Of a stretch of 64,000 nt of DNA, positions 43,791-56,464 are shown in pieces (the first letter of the stretch is position 1; every line of letters begins with the position of its first letter). The DNA is from Escherichia coli 042 (GTDB lineage Bacteria > Pseudomonadota > Gammaproteobacteria > Enterobacterales > Enterobacteriaceae), in assembly GCF_000027125.1 (NCBI RefSeq), contig NC_017626.1. One strand, given 5' to 3'. The notes beneath the pieces are model-generated. The model saw nothing but the letters and a program-made list of their open reading frames with translations, had not been told where the DNA came from and searched no databases. The position numbers were made by a program, and so were the translations under genes.

Positions 43791-44885
43791 TTACATTGTG
43801 GTTTTCAATGCGTTATCCGCAGCGTGACGCTCCAGCGCCAGTTCAATCAAACGGGTGATCAGGTCGGTGTAACCCAGACCGCTGGCTTGCCACAGCTTCG
43901 GATACATACTGATGTTGGTGAAGCCAGGCAGTGTGTTGATCTCGTTGATCACCACTTCGTTCTCTGGGGTTAAAAACACGTCTACACGCGCCATGCCTGC
44001 GCATCCCAACGTCTGATAAGCCTGAACGGCAATCGCCCGGATCTTATCGTTGATTTCTGGCGCAATGGCTGCCGGAACTACCACTTTCGCGCCATCTTCA
44101 TCAATGTACTTGGTGTCGTAGGCATAGAAATCGCTGGTGAGTACGATCTCGCCACAGGTGCTGGCTTGCGGATTGTCGTTGCCCAGAACTGCGCATTCGA
44201 TCTCACGACCTTTGATCCCTTGCTCAACGATCACTTTATGGTCGAACTCGAACGCCAGATCGACGGCAATTGCGTACTGTTCTTCACTGGTTACTTTGCT
44301 GACACCAACAGAAGAGCCCTGATTAGCCGGTTTTACAAACAGCGGTAACCCCAGTTTAGACTCCACTTCGGCAAAACTGATGTTGTGACGATTAGCGCGC
44401 GTCAGGGTAATAAATGGCGCAATGTTCAGCCCGGCATCGCGCAGCAGACGTTTGGTGACATCTTTATCCATACAGGCCGCTGAAGCCAGAACATCAGAAC
44501 CTACAAACGGTAAATTGGCGACCCGCAGCATTCCCTGCAAAGAACCATCTTCGCCCAGCGTACCGTGGACAATCGGGAAAATGACATCCACCGTCGGCAA
44601 CGGCTGACCGTTTTGCGCGTCGATAAGCTGATGTTCATGTTTACCAGGCACCTGCGCAAGACTGGTCGCCGAAGGGCGCAATGCAATATGGGCAGGATCG
44701 TCTGCATTTAGCAGATAATTGCTGGCATCGCTGACGTGCCATTGCCCTTGTTTATCAATGCCCAGCAGCACAACGTCGAAGCGACTTTTATCAATGGCAT
44801 CGACAATGTTTTTTGCCGATTGCAGAGACACTTCATGTTCCGCTGATTTACCACCAAAAACGATTCCTACCCGCAGTTTTTCCAT
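43791..44885 (-). CDS. ddlA: D-alanine--D-alanine ligase A
   Basis: 364-aa ATP-grasp enzyme [27 protein letters not shown]. Confidence 0.94.
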   Translation of the reverse strand: MEKLRVGIVFGGKSAEHEVSLQSAKNIVDAIDKSRFDVVLLGIDKQGQWHVSDASNYLLNADDPAHIALRPSATSLAQVPGKHEHQLIDAQNGQPLPTVDVIFPIVHGTLGEDGSLQGMLRVANLPFVGSDVLASAACMDKDVTKRLLRDAGLNIAPFITLTRANRHNISFAEVESKLGLPLFVKPANQGSSVGVSKVTSEEQYAIAVDLAFEFDHKVIVEQGIKGREIECAVLGNDNPQASTCGEIVLTSDFYAYDTKYIDEDGAKVVVPAAIAPEINDKIRAIAVQAYQTLGCAGMARVDVFLTPENEVVINEINTLPGFTNISMYPKLWQASGLGYTDLITRLIELALERHAADNALKTTM

Positions 44886-45346
44886 CTTAAAAACCTATCC
44901 CGTCTAACACAAAGTGCATACATTACCACGACAAAACGGGGGATTCGCGGCCTTCTGACAGAATGTTGCAATCTTCTGCTGACAAAGCGTGCAACGTACT
45001 GGTGAAGAAAGTGCGTTATCTCAATGATGTGCGCAAGATCACAAAAATGATGAACGGGAAGCTAATTTATTCCTGGCTTGTATGGCCATGCAGTGAGTTT
45101 TTTCTCTTAATTATAAGTTAACGAAGAGAATATATTTCATAACTTTTATTTATAATAAAGGTTGATAATTAAAAGCCTATATTTTGTGTGGGTAATTATT
45201 AAAATAAGAGAAACGTTTCGCTGGTAATCAAACAAAAAATATTTGCGCAAAGTATTTCCTTTGTCATAAAAATAATACTTCCAGACACTATGAAGTTGTG
45301 AAACATAATGTTAACTTCTCCATACTTTGGATAAGGAAATACAGAC

Positions 45347-45607
45347 ATGAAAAATCTCATTGCTGAGTTGTTATTTAAGCTTGCCCAAAAAGAAGAAGAG
45401 TCGAAAGAACTGTGCGCGCAGGTAGAAGCTTTGGAGATTATCGTCACTGCAATGCTTCGCAATATGGCGCAAAATGACCAACAAAGGTTGATTGATCAGG
45501 TAGAGGGGGCGCTGTACGAGGTAAAGCCCGATGCCAGCATTCCTGACGACGATACGGAGCTGCTGCGCAATTATGTAAAGAAGTTATTGAAGCATCCTCG
45601 TCAGTAA
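45347..45607 (+). CDS. iraP: Anti-adaptor protein IraP
   Basis: 86-aa [36 protein letters not shown]. Confidence 0.92.
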   Translation: MKNLIAELLFKLAQKEEESKELCAQVEALEIIVTAMLRNMAQNDQQRLIDQVEGALYEVKPDASIPDDDTELLRNYVKKLLKHPRQ

Positions 45608-45627
45608 AAAGTTAATCTTTTCAACAG

Positions 45628-45645
45628 CTGTCATAAAGCTGTCAC
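45628..45645 (+). promoter_or_regulatory. Pho box of the phoA promoter
   Basis: ctgtcataaagctgtcac about 60 bp upstream of the phoA GTG start. Confidence 0.9.
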
Positions 45646-45706
45646 GGCCGAGACTTATAGTCGCTTTGTTTTTATTTTTAATGTATTTGTACATGGAGAA
45701 AATAAA

Positions 45707-47122
45707 GTGAAACAAAGCACTATTGCACTGGCACTCTTACCGTTACTGTTTTCCCCTGTGACAAAAGCCCGGACACCAGAAATGCCTGTTCTGGAAAACC
45801 GGGCTGCTCAGGGCGATATTACTGCACCCGGCGGTGCTCGCCGCTTAACGGGTGATCAGACCGCTGCTCTGCGTGATTCTCTTAGCGATAAACCTGCAAA
45901 AAATATTATTTTGCTGATTGGCGATGGGATGGGGGACTCGGAAATTACTGCTGCACGCAATTATGCCGAAGGTGCGGGCGGCTTTTTTAAAGGTATCGAT
46001 GCCTTACCGCTTACCGGACAATACACACACTATGCGCTGAATAAAAAAACCGGCAAACCGGACTACGTTACCGACTCGGCTGCATCAGCAACCGCCTGGT
46101 CAACCGGTGTCAAAACCTATAACGGTGCGCTGGGCGTCGATATTCACGAAAAAGATCACCCAACGATTCTGGAAATGGCAAAAGCCGCAGGTCTGGCGAC
46201 CGGTAACGTTTCTACCGCAGAGTTGCAGGATGCCACGCCCGCCGCGCTGGTGGCGCATGTGACCTCGCGCAAATGCTACGGTCCGAGCGCGACCAGTGAA
46301 AAATGTCCGGGTAACGCTCTGGAAAAAGGCGGGAAAGGATCGATTACCGAACAGCTGCTTAACGCTCGTGCCGATGTTACGCTTGGCGGCGGCGCAAAAA
46401 CCTTTGCTGAAACGGCAACCGTCGGCGAATGGCAGGGAAAAACGCTGCGTGAACAGGCACAGGCGCGTGGTTATCAGTTGGTGAGTGATGCTGCCTCGCT
46501 AAATGCGGTGACGGAAGCGAACCAGCAAAAACCCCTGCTAGGACTGTTTGCTGACGGCAATATGCCAGTGCGCTGGCTAGGACCGAAAGCAACGTACCAC
46601 GGCAATATCGACAAGCCCGCAGTTACCTGTACGCCTAATCCGCAACGTAATGACAGCGTACCGACCCTGGCGCAGATGACCGACAAAGCCATTGAATTGT
46701 TGAGTAAAAATGAGAAAGGTTTTTTCCTGCAAGTTGAAGGTGCATCAATCGATAAACAGGATCACGCTGCGAATCCTTGTGGGCAAATTGGCGAGACGGT
46801 CGATCTCGATGAAGCCGTACAACGTGCGCTGGAATTCGCTAAAAAGGATGGCAACACGCTGGTCATAGTCACCGCTGATCACGCCCACGCCAGCCAGATT
46901 GTTGCGCCGGACACCAAAGCGCCGGGCCTCACCCAGGCGCTAAATACCAAAGATGGCGCAGTGATGGTGATGAGTTACGGGAACTCTGAAGAGGATTCAC
47001 AAGAACATACCGGTAGTCAGCTGCGTATTGCTGCGTATGGCCCACATGCCGCCAATGTCGTTGGACTGACCGACCAGACCGATCTCTTCTACACCATGAA
47101 AGCCGCCCTGGGGCTGAAATAA
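45707..47122 (+). CDS. phoA: Alkaline phosphatase
   Basis: 471-aa [24 protein letters not shown] (GTG start, signal peptide), DSAASATAW active-site serine region. Confidence 0.96.
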   Translation: MKQSTIALALLPLLFSPVTKARTPEMPVLENRAAQGDITAPGGARRLTGDQTAALRDSLSDKPAKNIILLIGDGMGDSEITAARNYAEGAGGFFKGIDALPLTGQYTHYALNKKTGKPDYVTDSAASATAWSTGVKTYNGALGVDIHEKDHPTILEMAKAAGLATGNVSTAELQDATPAALVAHVTSRKCYGPSATSEKCPGNALEKGGKGSITEQLLNARADVTLGGGAKTFAETATVGEWQGKTLREQAQARGYQLVSDAASLNAVTEANQQKPLLGLFADGNMPVRWLGPKATYHGNIDKPAVTCTPNPQRNDSVPTLAQMTDKAIELLSKNEKGFFLQVEGASIDKQDHAANPCGQIGETVDLDEAVQRALEFAKKDGNTLVIVTADHAHASQIVAPDTKAPGLTQALNTKDGAVMVMSYGNSEEDSQEHTGSQLRIAAYGPHAANVVGLTDQTDLFYTMKAALGLK

Positions 47123-47129
47123 AACCGCG

Positions 47130-47166
47130 CCCGGCAGTGAATTTTCGCTGTCGGGTGGTTTTTTTG
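47130..47166 (+). terminator. Candidate rho-independent terminator after phoA
   Basis: cccggcag ... ctgtcggg stem followed by tggttttttttg. Confidence 0.6.
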
Positions 47167-47240
47167 CTGTTAGCAACCAGACTTAATGGCAGATCACGGG
47201 CGCATATGCTCATGGTTAAAACATGAAGAGGGATGGTGCT

Positions 47241-47561
47241 ATGAAAATAACATTACTGGTTACCTTGCTTTTCGGTCTGGTTTTTTTAACCACCGTCGGC
47301 GCTGCCGAGAGAACCTTAACCCCGCAACAACAGCGTATGACCTCCTGTAATCAGCAGGCGACGGCGCAGGCGTTGAAAGGGGATGCTCGTAAGACCTACA
47401 TGAGTGATTGCCTGAAGAACAGCAAGTCTGCGCCTGGTGAAAAAAGTTTGACGCCACAGCAGCAAAAGATGCGCGAATGTAATAATCAAGCAACGCAACA
47501 ATCTCTGAAAGGTGATGATCGTAATAAGTTTATGAGCGCCTGCCTCAAGAAAGCCGCCTGA
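47241..47561 (+). CDS. psiF: Phosphate starvation-inducible protein PsiF
   Basis: 106-aa secreted protein with two internal repeats (TLTPQQQRMTSCNQQATAQALKGD and SLTPQQQKMRECNNQATQQSLKGD). Confidence 0.9.
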   Translation: MKITLLVTLLFGLVFLTTVGAAERTLTPQQQRMTSCNQQATAQALKGDARKTYMSDCLKNSKSAPGEKSLTPQQQKMRECNNQATQQSLKGDDRNKFMSACLKKAA

Positions 47562-47578
47562 TACCTGATAGTGCTAAC

Positions 47579-47604
47579 GGGTGAGCTACGAAAATGGCTC
47601 ACCC
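47579..47604 (+). terminator. Hairpin after psiF (candidate terminator)
   Basis: gggtgagc tacgaaaatg gctcaccc; weak T-tract. Confidence 0.5.
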
Positions 47605-47662
47605 GAAATTTCATACTTCTGCCTTTAGCCCCGTCTCTATAATTTGGGAAAATTGTTTCTGA

Positions 47663-48778
47663 ATGTTCCCAAAAATAATGAATGATGAAAACTTTTTCAA
47701 AAAAGCGGCGGCGCATGGGGAGGAACCTCCTTTAACTCCTCAAAACGAACATCAGCGGTCCGGGCTGCGCTTCGCCCGTCGCGTCAGACTACCCCGCGCG
47801 GTTGGCCTGGCTGGTATGTTCTTACCGATTGCTTCAACGCTGGTTTCGCACCCGCCGCCGGGCTGGTGGTGGCTGGTGTTGGTCGGCTGGGCGTTCGTCT
47901 GGCCGCATTTAGCCTGGCAGATAGCGAGCAGGGCCGTCGATCCGCTTAGCCGGGAAATTTACAACTTAAAAACCGATGCAGTATTAGCGGGAATGTGGGT
48001 AGGCGTAATGGGCGTAAACGTGCTGCCTTCCACCGCGATGTTGATGATTATGTGTCTGAATTTGATGGGGGCAGGCGGCCCCCGTCTGTTTGTCGCGGGT
48101 CTGGTGTTGATGGTGGTTTCCTGTCTTGTCACCCTTGAACTGACGGGCATCACCGTGTCGTTCAATAGTGCGCCGCTGGAATGGTGGCTCTCCCTTCCCA
48201 TTATCGTCATTTATCCTCTGCTGTTTGGCTGGGTCAGCTACCAGACGGCGACTAAACTGGCGGAACATAAACGCAGGTTGCAGGTCATGAGTACCCGCGA
48301 CGGTATGACGGGCGTGTATAACCGACGTCATTGGGAAACTATGTTACGCAATGAATTTGATAACTGTCGGCGGCATAACCGCGATGCGACATTACTGATT
48401 ATCGATATCGACCATTTCAAGAGCATCAACGATACCTGGGGCCATGATGTGGGCGATGAAGCGATTGTGGCGCTTACCCGACAATTACAAATAACCCTGC
48501 GCGGTAGCGATGTGATTGGTCGGTTTGGCGGCGATGAGTTTGCGGTAATCATGTCCGGTACGCCAGCTGAGAGCGCCATTACCGCCATGTTACGAGTGCA
48601 TGAAGGGCTAAATACATTACGTCTGCCGAATACGCCACAGGTAACTTTACGGATTAGTGTGGGGGTTGCGCCGCTGAACCCACAAATGAGTCACTATCGT
48701 GAGTGGTTGAAATCGGCAGATTTGGCGCTTTACAAAGCAAAGAAAGCCGGACGTAACCGCACCGAAGTGGCGGCCTGA
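47663..48778 (+). CDS. dgcC: Diguanylate cyclase (membrane MASE2 plus GGDEF)
   Basis: 371 aa; N-terminal TM helices, C-terminal GGDEF domain (RFGGDEFAV). Confidence 0.92.
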   Translation: MFPKIMNDENFFKKAAAHGEEPPLTPQNEHQRSGLRFARRVRLPRAVGLAGMFLPIASTLVSHPPPGWWWLVLVGWAFVWPHLAWQIASRAVDPLSREIYNLKTDAVLAGMWVGVMGVNVLPSTAMLMIMCLNLMGAGGPRLFVAGLVLMVVSCLVTLELTGITVSFNSAPLEWWLSLPIIVIYPLLFGWVSYQTATKLAEHKRRLQVMSTRDGMTGVYNRRHWETMLRNEFDNCRRHNRDATLLIIDIDHFKSINDTWGHDVGDEAIVALTRQLQITLRGSDVIGRFGGDEFAVIMSGTPAESAITAMLRVHEGLNTLRLPNTPQVTLRISVGVAPLNPQMSHYREWLKSADLALYKAKKAGRNRTEVAA

Positions 48779-48794
48779 CGTCCGGCAAAAGTCA

Positions 48795-49604
48795 TCAGGA
48801 TTTACTGAGTTTTTCTGATTTTTCCATACACTTCGTCATCGCTTCGATCACTGCGGCACGGAAGCCTTTCTCTTCCAGTACGCGTACCGCCTCAATGGTG
48901 GTGCCTCCCGGTGAGCAGACCATATCTTTCAGTGCCCCCGGATGTTCTCCCGTTTCCAGCACCATTTTTGCGGAACCCATTACCGCCTGAGCGGCAAATT
49001 TATACGCCTGGGCGCGTGGCATCCCGCCCAGCACGGCAGCGTCGGCCATCGCTTCGATAAACATAAAGACGTAGGCTGGCGAAGAACCGCTCACACCGAC
49101 CACCGGGTGGATCATCGGCTCGGCAATTACTTCCGCTTCGCCAAAGCAGCGGAAAATATTCAGCACATCAGCGGTATCTTCTGGGGTTACCAGCGCGTTT
49201 GGCGTTACGGAGGTCATCCCGGCATTAACCAGCGCGGGAGTGTTCGGCATGGCGCGGATAATTTTCCGGTCATGGCCCAGCGCGCGGGCAAGCTGGTCGA
49301 GTGTGATACCTGCAGCAATAGAAACGACCAGAGAGTCTTTATTCAGGCTGGAGGTGATTTCGCTAAGCACTTTAATCATGATGCCAGGTTTAACGGCGGC
49401 AAAAATGATGTCGGCGATTTGCGCCACTTCTTGCGCCGATTCTGCGGCGTTGATGCCGAACTGGTCATGCAGGGCGGCGACTTTATCCGGGGAGGGGGTA
49501 TATACCCAGATTTGCCCTGGAAGCACCTGACCGCTGGCAATCAGACCGCCGAGAATGGCTTTTCCCATATTGCCGCAGCCAATAAAACCGATTTTCTTTT
49601 CCAT
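48795..49604 (-). CDS. proC: Pyrroline-5-carboxylate reductase
   Basis: Translation [21 protein letters not shown] (Rossmann fold); internal start chosen within ORF 48795..49712. Confidence 0.93.
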   Translation of the reverse strand: MEKKIGFIGCGNMGKAILGGLIASGQVLPGQIWVYTPSPDKVAALHDQFGINAAESAQEVAQIADIIFAAVKPGIMIKVLSEITSSLNKDSLVVSIAAGITLDQLARALGHDRKIIRAMPNTPALVNAGMTSVTPNALVTPEDTADVLNIFRCFGEAEVIAEPMIHPVVGVSGSSPAYVFMFIEAMADAAVLGGMPRAQAYKFAAQAVMGSAKMVLETGEHPGALKDMVCSPGGTTIEAVRVLEEKGFRAAVIEAMTKCMEKSEKLSKS

Positions 49605-49723
49605 TGCCTCACTCCTGCCGTGAAATTCATTGTTTTGATAATCGCTGGCAGAAGCATAAACAGAACTATGCCGGAAGGCAAAAGCGCGACACAATAGAGG
49701 ATGTCCCAACAAAGGATGACTTT

Positions 49724-50182
49724 ATGACAATTTGGGTGGATGCCGACGCGTGTCCCAATGTAATTAAAGAGATTTTGTATCGCGCGGCTGAACGTATGCA
49801 GTTGCCGCTGGTACTGGTAGCAAACCAGAGTTTACGCGTGCCGCCATCGCGATTTATTCGTACGCTGCGCGTCGCGGCAGGTTTCGACGTTGCCGATAAC
49901 GAAATTGTCCGGCAGTGTGAAGCGGGCGATTTGGTGATCACCGCAGATATTCCTTTGGCTGCTGAAGCCATCGAGAAAGGCGCGGCGGCGCTTAATCCAC
50001 GCGGCGAACGTTACACTCCAGCGACCATTCGTGAGCGTCTGACGATGCGCGATTTTATGGATACCTTACGCGCCAGTGGGATCCAGACCGGGGGACCAGA
50101 TAGTCTTTCACAACGTGACCGCCAGGCCTTTGCCGCGGAGCTGGAGAAGTGGTGGCTGGAAGTGCAACGTAGTCGTGGCTGA
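49724..50182 (+). CDS. yaiI: UPF0178 family protein YaiI
   Basis: Translation [26 protein letters not shown] from the internal ATG of ORF 49604..50182. Confidence 0.88.
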   Translation: MTIWVDADACPNVIKEILYRAAERMQLPLVLVANQSLRVPPSRFIRTLRVAAGFDVADNEIVRQCEAGDLVITADIPLAAEAIEKGAAALNPRGERYTPATIRERLTMRDFMDTLRASGIQTGGPDSLSQRDRQAFAAELEKWWLEVQRSRG

Positions 50183-50183
50183 A

Positions 50184-50201
50184 TGTAATTTATTATTTAC
50201 A
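50184..50201 (+). promoter_or_regulatory. TyrR box in the aroL promoter
   Basis: tgtaatttattatttaca matches TGTAAA-N6-TTTACA. Confidence 0.8.
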
Positions 50202-50259
50202 CTTCATTCTTGAATATTTATTGGTATAGTAAGGGATGTATTAAAATTTTCACTTTAAG

Positions 50260-50277
50260 TGGAATTTTTTCTTTACA
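50260..50277 (+). promoter_or_regulatory. Second TyrR box in the aroL promoter
   Basis: tggaattttttctttaca (TyrR box-like). Confidence 0.65.
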
Positions 50278-50286
50278 ATCGAAATT

Positions 50287-50304
50287 GTACTAGTTTGATG
50301 GTAT
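50287..50304 (+). promoter_or_regulatory. Candidate TrpR operator in the aroL promoter
   Basis: gtactagtttgatggtat contains the CTAG core typical of trp operators. Confidence 0.4.
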
Positions 50305-50364
50305 GATCGCTATTCTCATGACACCGGCTTTCGCCGCATTGCGACCTATTGGGGAAAACCCACG

Positions 50365-50889
50365 ATGACACAACCTCTTTTTCTGATCGGGCCTCGGGGC
50401 TGTGGTAAAACAACGGTCGGAATGGCCCTTGCCGATTCGCTTAACCGTCGATTTGTCGATACCGACCAGTGGTTGCAATCACAGCTCAATATGACGGTCG
50501 CGGAGATCGTCGAAAGGGAAGAGTGGGCGGGATTCCGCGCCAGAGAAACGGCGGCGCTGGAAGCGGTAACTGCGCCATCCACCGTTATCGCTACGGGCGG
50601 CGGCATTATTCTGACGGAATTTAATCGTCACTTTATGCAAAATAACGGGATCGTGGTTTATTTGTGTGCGCCAGTATCAGTCCTGGTTAACCGACTGCAA
50701 GCTGCACCGGAAGAAGATTTACGGCCAACCTTAACGGGGAAACCGCTGAGCGAAGAAGTTCAGGAAGTGCTGGAAGAACGCGATGCGCTATATCGCGAAG
50801 TTGCGCATATTATCATCGACGCAACAAACGAACCCAGCCAGGTGATTTCTGAAATTCGCAGTGCCCTGGCACAGACGATCAATTGTTGA
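50365..50889 (+). CDS. aroL: Shikimate kinase II
   Basis: 174-aa [22 protein letters not shown] (P-loop). Confidence 0.95.
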
Positions 50890-50929
50890 TTTTCGAGCGC
50901 CTATACTTAACGTTCATCCCGTGAAATAA

Positions 50930-51130
<201 letters not shown>

Positions 51131-51387
51131 CCGCATCAGACTGCTCGGAAGGGATTCTGAGTGCCACCACAAGGGATCTGCGTCACATTTTTCACAATTC
51201 ATGTTTTTCAAATAATTAGAATATTAAACAATAACAATCCATTACTGGAATCATTTGGAATCTTTACATTATGCCGTGCAGGTCTGCTGCTACGCTTTTT
51301 GTCATTTGTAGCACAGGTAAGTGTCAGCAGTGGTGCTTAGCGCTTGCCCGGTAATTAACGACGAAATAAAAGTAAGGTGGAAGAACA

Positions 51388-52065
51388 ATGAGTGCGTCGT
51401 TGGCGATCCTGACCATCGGCATTGTACCTATGCAGGAAGTTTTGCCGCTCCTGACAGAATACATTGACGAAGATAATATTCCCCATCATAGCCTGCTGGG
51501 GAAGTTAAGTCGTGAAGAAGTGATGGCGGAGTACGCGCCAGAAGCAGGCGAAGACACCATTCTCACATTATTAAATGACAACCAGCTGGCCCATGTTTCG
51601 CGTCGTAAAGTGGAACGAGACCTGCAAGGTGTGGTTGAAGTGCTCGATAATCAGGGTTATGACGTCATTTTATTAATGAGTACAGCAAACATTAGTAGTA
51701 TGACTGCGCGTAATACGATCTTTCTTGAGCCGTCGCGGATATTGCCACCGCTGGTTTCCTCTATTGTTGAAGATCATCAGGTGGGGGTTATCGTACCGGT
51801 TGAGGAGTTGCTGACCGTTCAGGCGCAAAAATGGCAAATTTTGCAGAAACCGCCAGTATTTTCATTGGGTAACCCCATTCATGATTCAGAACAAAAAATC
51901 ATTGATGCCGGGAAAGAATTACTGGCAAAAGGGGCAGATGTCATCATGCTGGATTGTTTGGGATTTAACCAGCGTCATCGCGATTTACTGCAAAAACAGC
52001 TCGATGTTCCTGTCTTGCTCTCTAACGTATTGATTGCACGGCTGGCTGCGGAATTACTGGTGTAA
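51388..52065 (+). CDS. aroM: Protein AroM
   Basis: 225-aa [29 protein letters not shown]. Confidence 0.9.
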   Translation: MSASLAILTIGIVPMQEVLPLLTEYIDEDNIPHHSLLGKLSREEVMAEYAPEAGEDTILTLLNDNQLAHVSRRKVERDLQGVVEVLDNQGYDVILLMSTANISSMTARNTIFLEPSRILPPLVSSIVEDHQVGVIVPVEELLTVQAQKWQILQKPPVFSLGNPIHDSEQKIIDAGKELLAKGADVIMLDCLGFNQRHRDLLQKQLDVPVLLSNVLIARLAAELLV

Positions 52066-52136
52066 TTTTGCGTGACAGCCAGCGCCTCTGGCCCCTATAG
52101 TGAAGTAGATGTTCAACTACCAGACAGGGCCAGTTT

Positions 52137-52421
52137 ATGCTTCAAAGTAATGAGTACTTTTCCGGCAAAGTGAAATCGATCGGCTTTTCCAGCAGCAGCA
52201 CTGGTCGCGCCAGCGTGGGTGTTATGGTTGAAGGCGAATACACCTTCAGCACCGCTGAGCCGGAAGAGATGACGGTAATCAGTGGCGCGCTGAATGTGTT
52301 ACTGCCTGACGCGACCGACTGGCAAGTGTATGAAGCCGGTTCGGTGTTTAATGTTCCCGGTCACAGTGAGTTTCATCTGCAAGTTGCCGAACCCACCTCT
52401 TATCTGTGCCGCTATCTGTAA
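52137..52421 (+). CDS. ppnP: Pyrimidine/purine nucleoside phosphorylase PpnP (YaiE)
   Basis: 94-aa cupin-like [33 protein letters not shown]. Confidence 0.9.
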
Positions 52422-52628
52422 TTCCTCGCCTTCCCCTTGAACGGGAGGGCATTTTTCTGAAATGTTCTCTCATAAACCCATAATAATATTTCCTTTGCTG
52501 CGATTTTTTCGATTTCCGATATATTCATAATTCATCAAGGTTGATATAAATATCAGCGAAGATCTCCAGATATTGTTGCGGAACTGGCGACGATAAAAGA
52601 TAAATCAGATGATGAATGGTGGCGTGCA

Positions 52629-52910
52629 TTGCTGCAAAGTCGCAATGATCATTTGCGCCAAACGGCATTGCGCAACGCACATACCCCGGCGTCGTTGTTA
52701 ACGGCATTGACTGAGCCTCAGGATCGGGCGTTGGTTATTAATAATCCACAGTTGGCTGCCGATGTGAAAACGATGTGGTTAAAAGATGATCCATCATTAC
52801 TCTTATTTGTCGATCAACCCGCTCTTTCGCAGTTACGGGATTTAGTGAAAACCGGGGCAACGCGGAAAATTCGCAGTGAAGCGCGTCACCGGCTTGAGGA
52901 AAAACAATGA
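52629..52910 (+). CDS. ykiA: Hypothetical small protein (position of ykiA); start and coding status uncertain
   Basis: 93-aa ORF with TTG start; frame is open back to a TGA at 52542 with no in-frame ATG upstream. Confidence 0.4.
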   Translation: MLQSRNDHLRQTALRNAHTPASLLTALTEPQDRALVINNPQLAADVKTMWLKDDPSLLLFVDQPALSQLRDLVKTGATRKIRSEARHRLEEKQ

Positions 52911-53015
52911 CACAACGCCCATGGAGCAAGTTACAGCGTAAAACGCATAATATTGCTGCGCTAAAAATTATTGCCCGCCGTAGCGAATAATTATATGCCT
53001 GGTGTGGCTTCGTAC

Positions 53016-53048
53016 GCCGGATAAGACGCGGCAGGCGTCGCATCCGGC
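53016..53048. repeat. REP element
   Basis: gccggataagacgcggcaggcgtcgcatccggc. Confidence 0.8.
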
Positions 53049-53067
53049 ATTAAAGGTAAATCAGCAA

Positions 53068-53979
53068 TTAACGTTGTGCTTCGCCACCTAATCCTTCAAT
53101 CAGGTTTTGAATTAACGCTGCCAGTTCACCAGTCATCAGGATGAAATCGGCATCAAAACGCTGGGCGAAATCTTCACGGTCGATATCTTCGTTTTGATCG
53201 CGCAGCTCGTCGCAGAACTTCAGACGCTTGAGCGAACCATCGTCGCACATCACAAACTGAATGCGCTGCTGCCAGTCGAGCGCCAGTTTAGTCACCACTT
53301 TTCCGGCTTCAATGTGATTGGTGATCTCTTCGCTGGTCAGATCTTGTTTCTTCGCGCGGATCACTCCACCATCTTCCAGCAGCGATTTCAGCTCGGCTTC
53401 ATCAAGCAGCTGGAAGCCCTGTGCCGCGCTGCCGGAGCGTACCCATTCGGTCAGCGTCAGTTCAATCGGGTTTTCCATGCTCAATGGTACAACCGGTAAC
53501 GACCCCAGGCTTTTACGCAGTAATGCCAGCGTATCTTCCGCTTTTTTGGCACTGGCGCAGTCCACCATAATCAAACCGTTAACCGTGTCGATCCACATCA
53601 TTGTCTGGCTAAAACGGCTGAAAGCACGTGGCAGCAGAGAGTGCAGCACTTCGTCTTTCAGCGAATCTTTTTCGGTTTTCTTCAGCTTACGCGCCTGTTC
53701 CGCTTCCAGTTTGGCGATTTTCGCTTCCAGCGCCTGTTTAATCACCGGAGACGGGAGGATTTTTTCTTCTTTGCGCGCGCAGATAACAATTTGACCATTG
53801 GCAACGTGCGTTAACGCATCGCTGTGCGATCCCATCGGAGGAACCCAGCCCATCTTCGCCATGTCCTGGCTGCCGCATGGGGTAAATGCCATCGAGGCTA
53901 GCTGTTTTTCCATCTCTTCTGCACGCAGCGAAATCTCGCGGCTAAGACGGTAAACCATTAAATTTTTGAACCACAGCAT
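53068..53979 (-). CDS. rdgC: Recombination-associated protein RdgC
   Basis: Translation [32 protein letters not shown]; internal start chosen within ORF 53068..54051. Confidence 0.93.
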
Positions 53980-54103
53980 GATAATTTCCACGGCCTTGTC
54001 GTTAAATTTAGCGGGCATGATAACGAATTGTCGGCGGCCTTGCATTGCCAATCCGGTTGTCCGTCTCTACGCTATTGATATTGAAAAAAATAAGGAGAGT
54101 ACC

Positions 54104-55012
54104 GTGCGTATAGGTATCGATTTAGGCGGCACCAAAACTGAAGTGATTGCACTGGGCGATGCAGGGGAGCAGTTGTACCGCCATCGTCTGCCCACGCCGC
54201 GTGATGATTACCGCCAGACCATTGAAACGATCGCCACGCTGGTTGATATGGCGGAGCAGGCGACAGGGCAGCGCGGAACAGTGGGGATGGGCATTCCTGG
54301 CTCAATTTCGCCTTACACCGGCGTGGTGAAGAATGCCAATTCAACCTGGCTCAACGGTCAGCCATTCGATAAAGACTTAAGCGCGCGGTTGCAGCGGGAA
54401 GTGCGGCTGGCAAATGACGCCAACTGTCTGGCGGTTTCAGAAGCAGTAGATGGCGCGGCAGCGGGAGCGCAGACGGTATTTGCCGTGATTATCGGCACGG
54501 GATGCGGCGCGGGCGTGGCATTCAATGGGCGGGCGCATATCGGCGGCAATGGCACGGCAGGTGAGTGGGGACACAATCCGCTACCGTGGATGGACGAAGA
54601 CGAACTGCGTTATCGCGAGGAAGTCCCTTGTTATTGCGGTAAACAAGGTTGTATTGAAACCTTTATTTCGGGCACGGGATTCGCGACGGATTATCGTCGT
54701 TTGAGCGGACATGCGCTGAAAGGCAGTGAAATTATCCGCCTGGTTGAAGAAAGCGATCCGGTAGCGGAACTGGCATTGCGTCGCTACGAGCTGCGGCTGG
54801 CAAAATCGCTGGCACATGTCGTGAATATTCTCGATCCGGATGTGATTGTCCTGGGGGGCGGGATGAGCAATGTAGACCGTTTATATCAAACGGTTCCGCA
54901 GTTGATTAAACAATTTGTCTTCGGCGGCGAATGTGAAACGCCGGTGCGTAAGGCGAAGCACGGTGATTCCAGCGGCGTACGCGGCGCTGCATGGTTATGG
55001 CCACAAGAGTAA
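54104..55012 (+). CDS. mak: Manno(fructo)kinase (ROK family)
   Basis: Translation [24 protein letters not shown] start at 54104 preceded by SD aaggag. Confidence 0.92.
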   Translation: MRIGIDLGGTKTEVIALGDAGEQLYRHRLPTPRDDYRQTIETIATLVDMAEQATGQRGTVGMGIPGSISPYTGVVKNANSTWLNGQPFDKDLSARLQREVRLANDANCLAVSEAVDGAAAGAQTVFAVIIGTGCGAGVAFNGRAHIGGNGTAGEWGHNPLPWMDEDELRYREEVPCYCGKQGCIETFISGTGFATDYRRLSGHALKGSEIIRLVEESDPVAELALRRYELRLAKSLAHVVNILDPDVIVLGGGMSNVDRLYQTVPQLIKQFVFGGECETPVRKAKHGDSSGVRGAAWLWPQE

Positions 55013-55037
55013 AAAACGTAGGCAATTGGCTCATCAT

Positions 55038-55128
55038 GCCTGATGCGACGCTTGCCGCGTCTTATCAGGCCTGCAAAATGTGCCAGAACCGCGTAGGGCG
55101 GATAAGGCGTTCACGCCGCATCCGGCAA
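55038..55128. repeat. REP elements (pair)
   Basis: gcctgatgcgacgcttgccgcgtcttatcaggcctgc ... gtagggcggataaggcgttcacgccgcatccggca. Confidence 0.85.
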
Positions 55129-55154
55129 TAAGCAACGTGCTCCGTGACTGCAAT

Positions 55155-56339
55155 CTACCCCACTGGTTTCGCCAGCACCGGACTATCCGCCGCTTGCTGG
55201 CGCTTATAGCGACCATACAGCAGCAACGACGACATCGCAGCAAACGAAAGCAGGGCGGCAGGTAGCGCCACGTAATTATATGCCAGCCCCAGCGTCAGCA
55301 TCATACCACCGCAATATGCGCCGACGGCGCTACCGAGGTTAAACGCTATTTGCCCACCTGCGGCACCTAATAACTCTCCGCCTTTGGCATTTTGCAGTAA
55401 CAATATTTGCAGTGGTGCTGAAAGGGCAAATAATCCCGCGCAACAAAAAAATGCAAAAATAAGCGACGTTGTTTTCATGCCGCCGAAGAAAAAGAGCATC
55501 AGCAGTGCCAGCACAATAATAAAGTCAGTTACTGCCGCAATGCGCAGTGGTGAATAACGTCCTGAAATCCGGCCACTTAGCACATTCCCCAGCACCATCC
55601 CTAGCCCAACTAACATCATAATAAAAGTCATCGCCGTTTCCGAAAAACCGGAAATAAACATCATGTATGGCTTTACGTAGCTGAACCAGGCAAATACACC
55701 TGCGTTGCCAAACATGGTGGCGGCGAAAATTAACCACGGGGCCGGGCTGCGCAAAAAGTGAAATTGTTCGCGTAGCTTCCCTTTCGCCTCGTCGCGAATA
55801 TCCGGCACCCAAAAATAGACCGATGCCATCACCGCAATATTAAAAACAGCGATCAATAAAAAGGTGTAACGCCAGCTAAATTCCTGACTTAAATACGTTC
55901 CCAGCGGAATGCCCAGCAAATTGGCGACTGTCATCCCGGAAACCATCCCCGCCACGGCGGCGGTGACTTTGCCGGGTTTGATAATTTTCGATAACACGAT
56001 CGCGCCGACGCCAAAAAATGCACCATGCGGAAAGCCGGAAACCAGCCGACCAATGGCGAGCATCAGGTAAGACGAAGAGAGCGTGAACATGGCGTTGCCA
56101 ATGACGCACAACGCCACCAGAAACAATAAGATATGTTTGAGTGAGTAGCGGCTGGAAAAGAGTGCGATGATTGGCGCACCGACCACCACCCCCAGCGCAT
56201 AATACGAGATCATATGCCCGGCAGCAGGAATTGAAATTCCTACGTTATGCGCCAGCTCCGTGAGCACGCCCATAATGCCAAATTCGGCCATCCCCAAACC
56301 AAACGTGCCCAGAGCCAAAGATAAAATAACTTTTTTCAT
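55155..56339 (-). CDS. araJ: MFS transporter AraJ
   Basis: Translation MKKVILSLALGTFGLGMAEFGIMGVLTELA; internal start chosen within ORF 55155..56423. Confidence 0.9.
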   Translation of the reverse strand: MKKVILSLALGTFGLGMAEFGIMGVLTELAHNVGISIPAAGHMISYYALGVVVGAPIIALFSSRYSLKHILLFLVALCVIGNAMFTLSSSYLMLAIGRLVSGFPHGAFFGVGAIVLSKIIKPGKVTAAVAGMVSGMTVANLLGIPLGTYLSQEFSWRYTFLLIAVFNIAVMASVYFWVPDIRDEAKGKLREQFHFLRSPAPWLIFAATMFGNAGVFAWFSYVKPYMMFISGFSETAMTFIMMLVGLGMVLGNVLSGRISGRYSPLRIAAVTDFIIVLALLMLFFFGGMKTTSLIFAFFCCAGLFALSAPLQILLLQNAKGGELLGAAGGQIAFNLGSAVGAYCGGMMLTLGLAYNYVALPAALLSFAAMSSLLLYGRYKRQQAADSPVLAKPVG

Positions 56340-56464
56340 ACCACCATCACAACCACCAGAACGGCTACTAATCACCGTAGCCAATAAAGTGATAGCTTGC
56401 AGGATAACGACCAGCGAGGCCAAGAGATAATTCGCCCCTCTGTATTCATTATCCTGCTGAATAG

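Noticed and set aside
47241-47561. Internal duplication in PsiF as a possible novel repeat protein
   Set aside because: The two-repeat architecture is the normal form of the PsiF family; nothing here is unusual.
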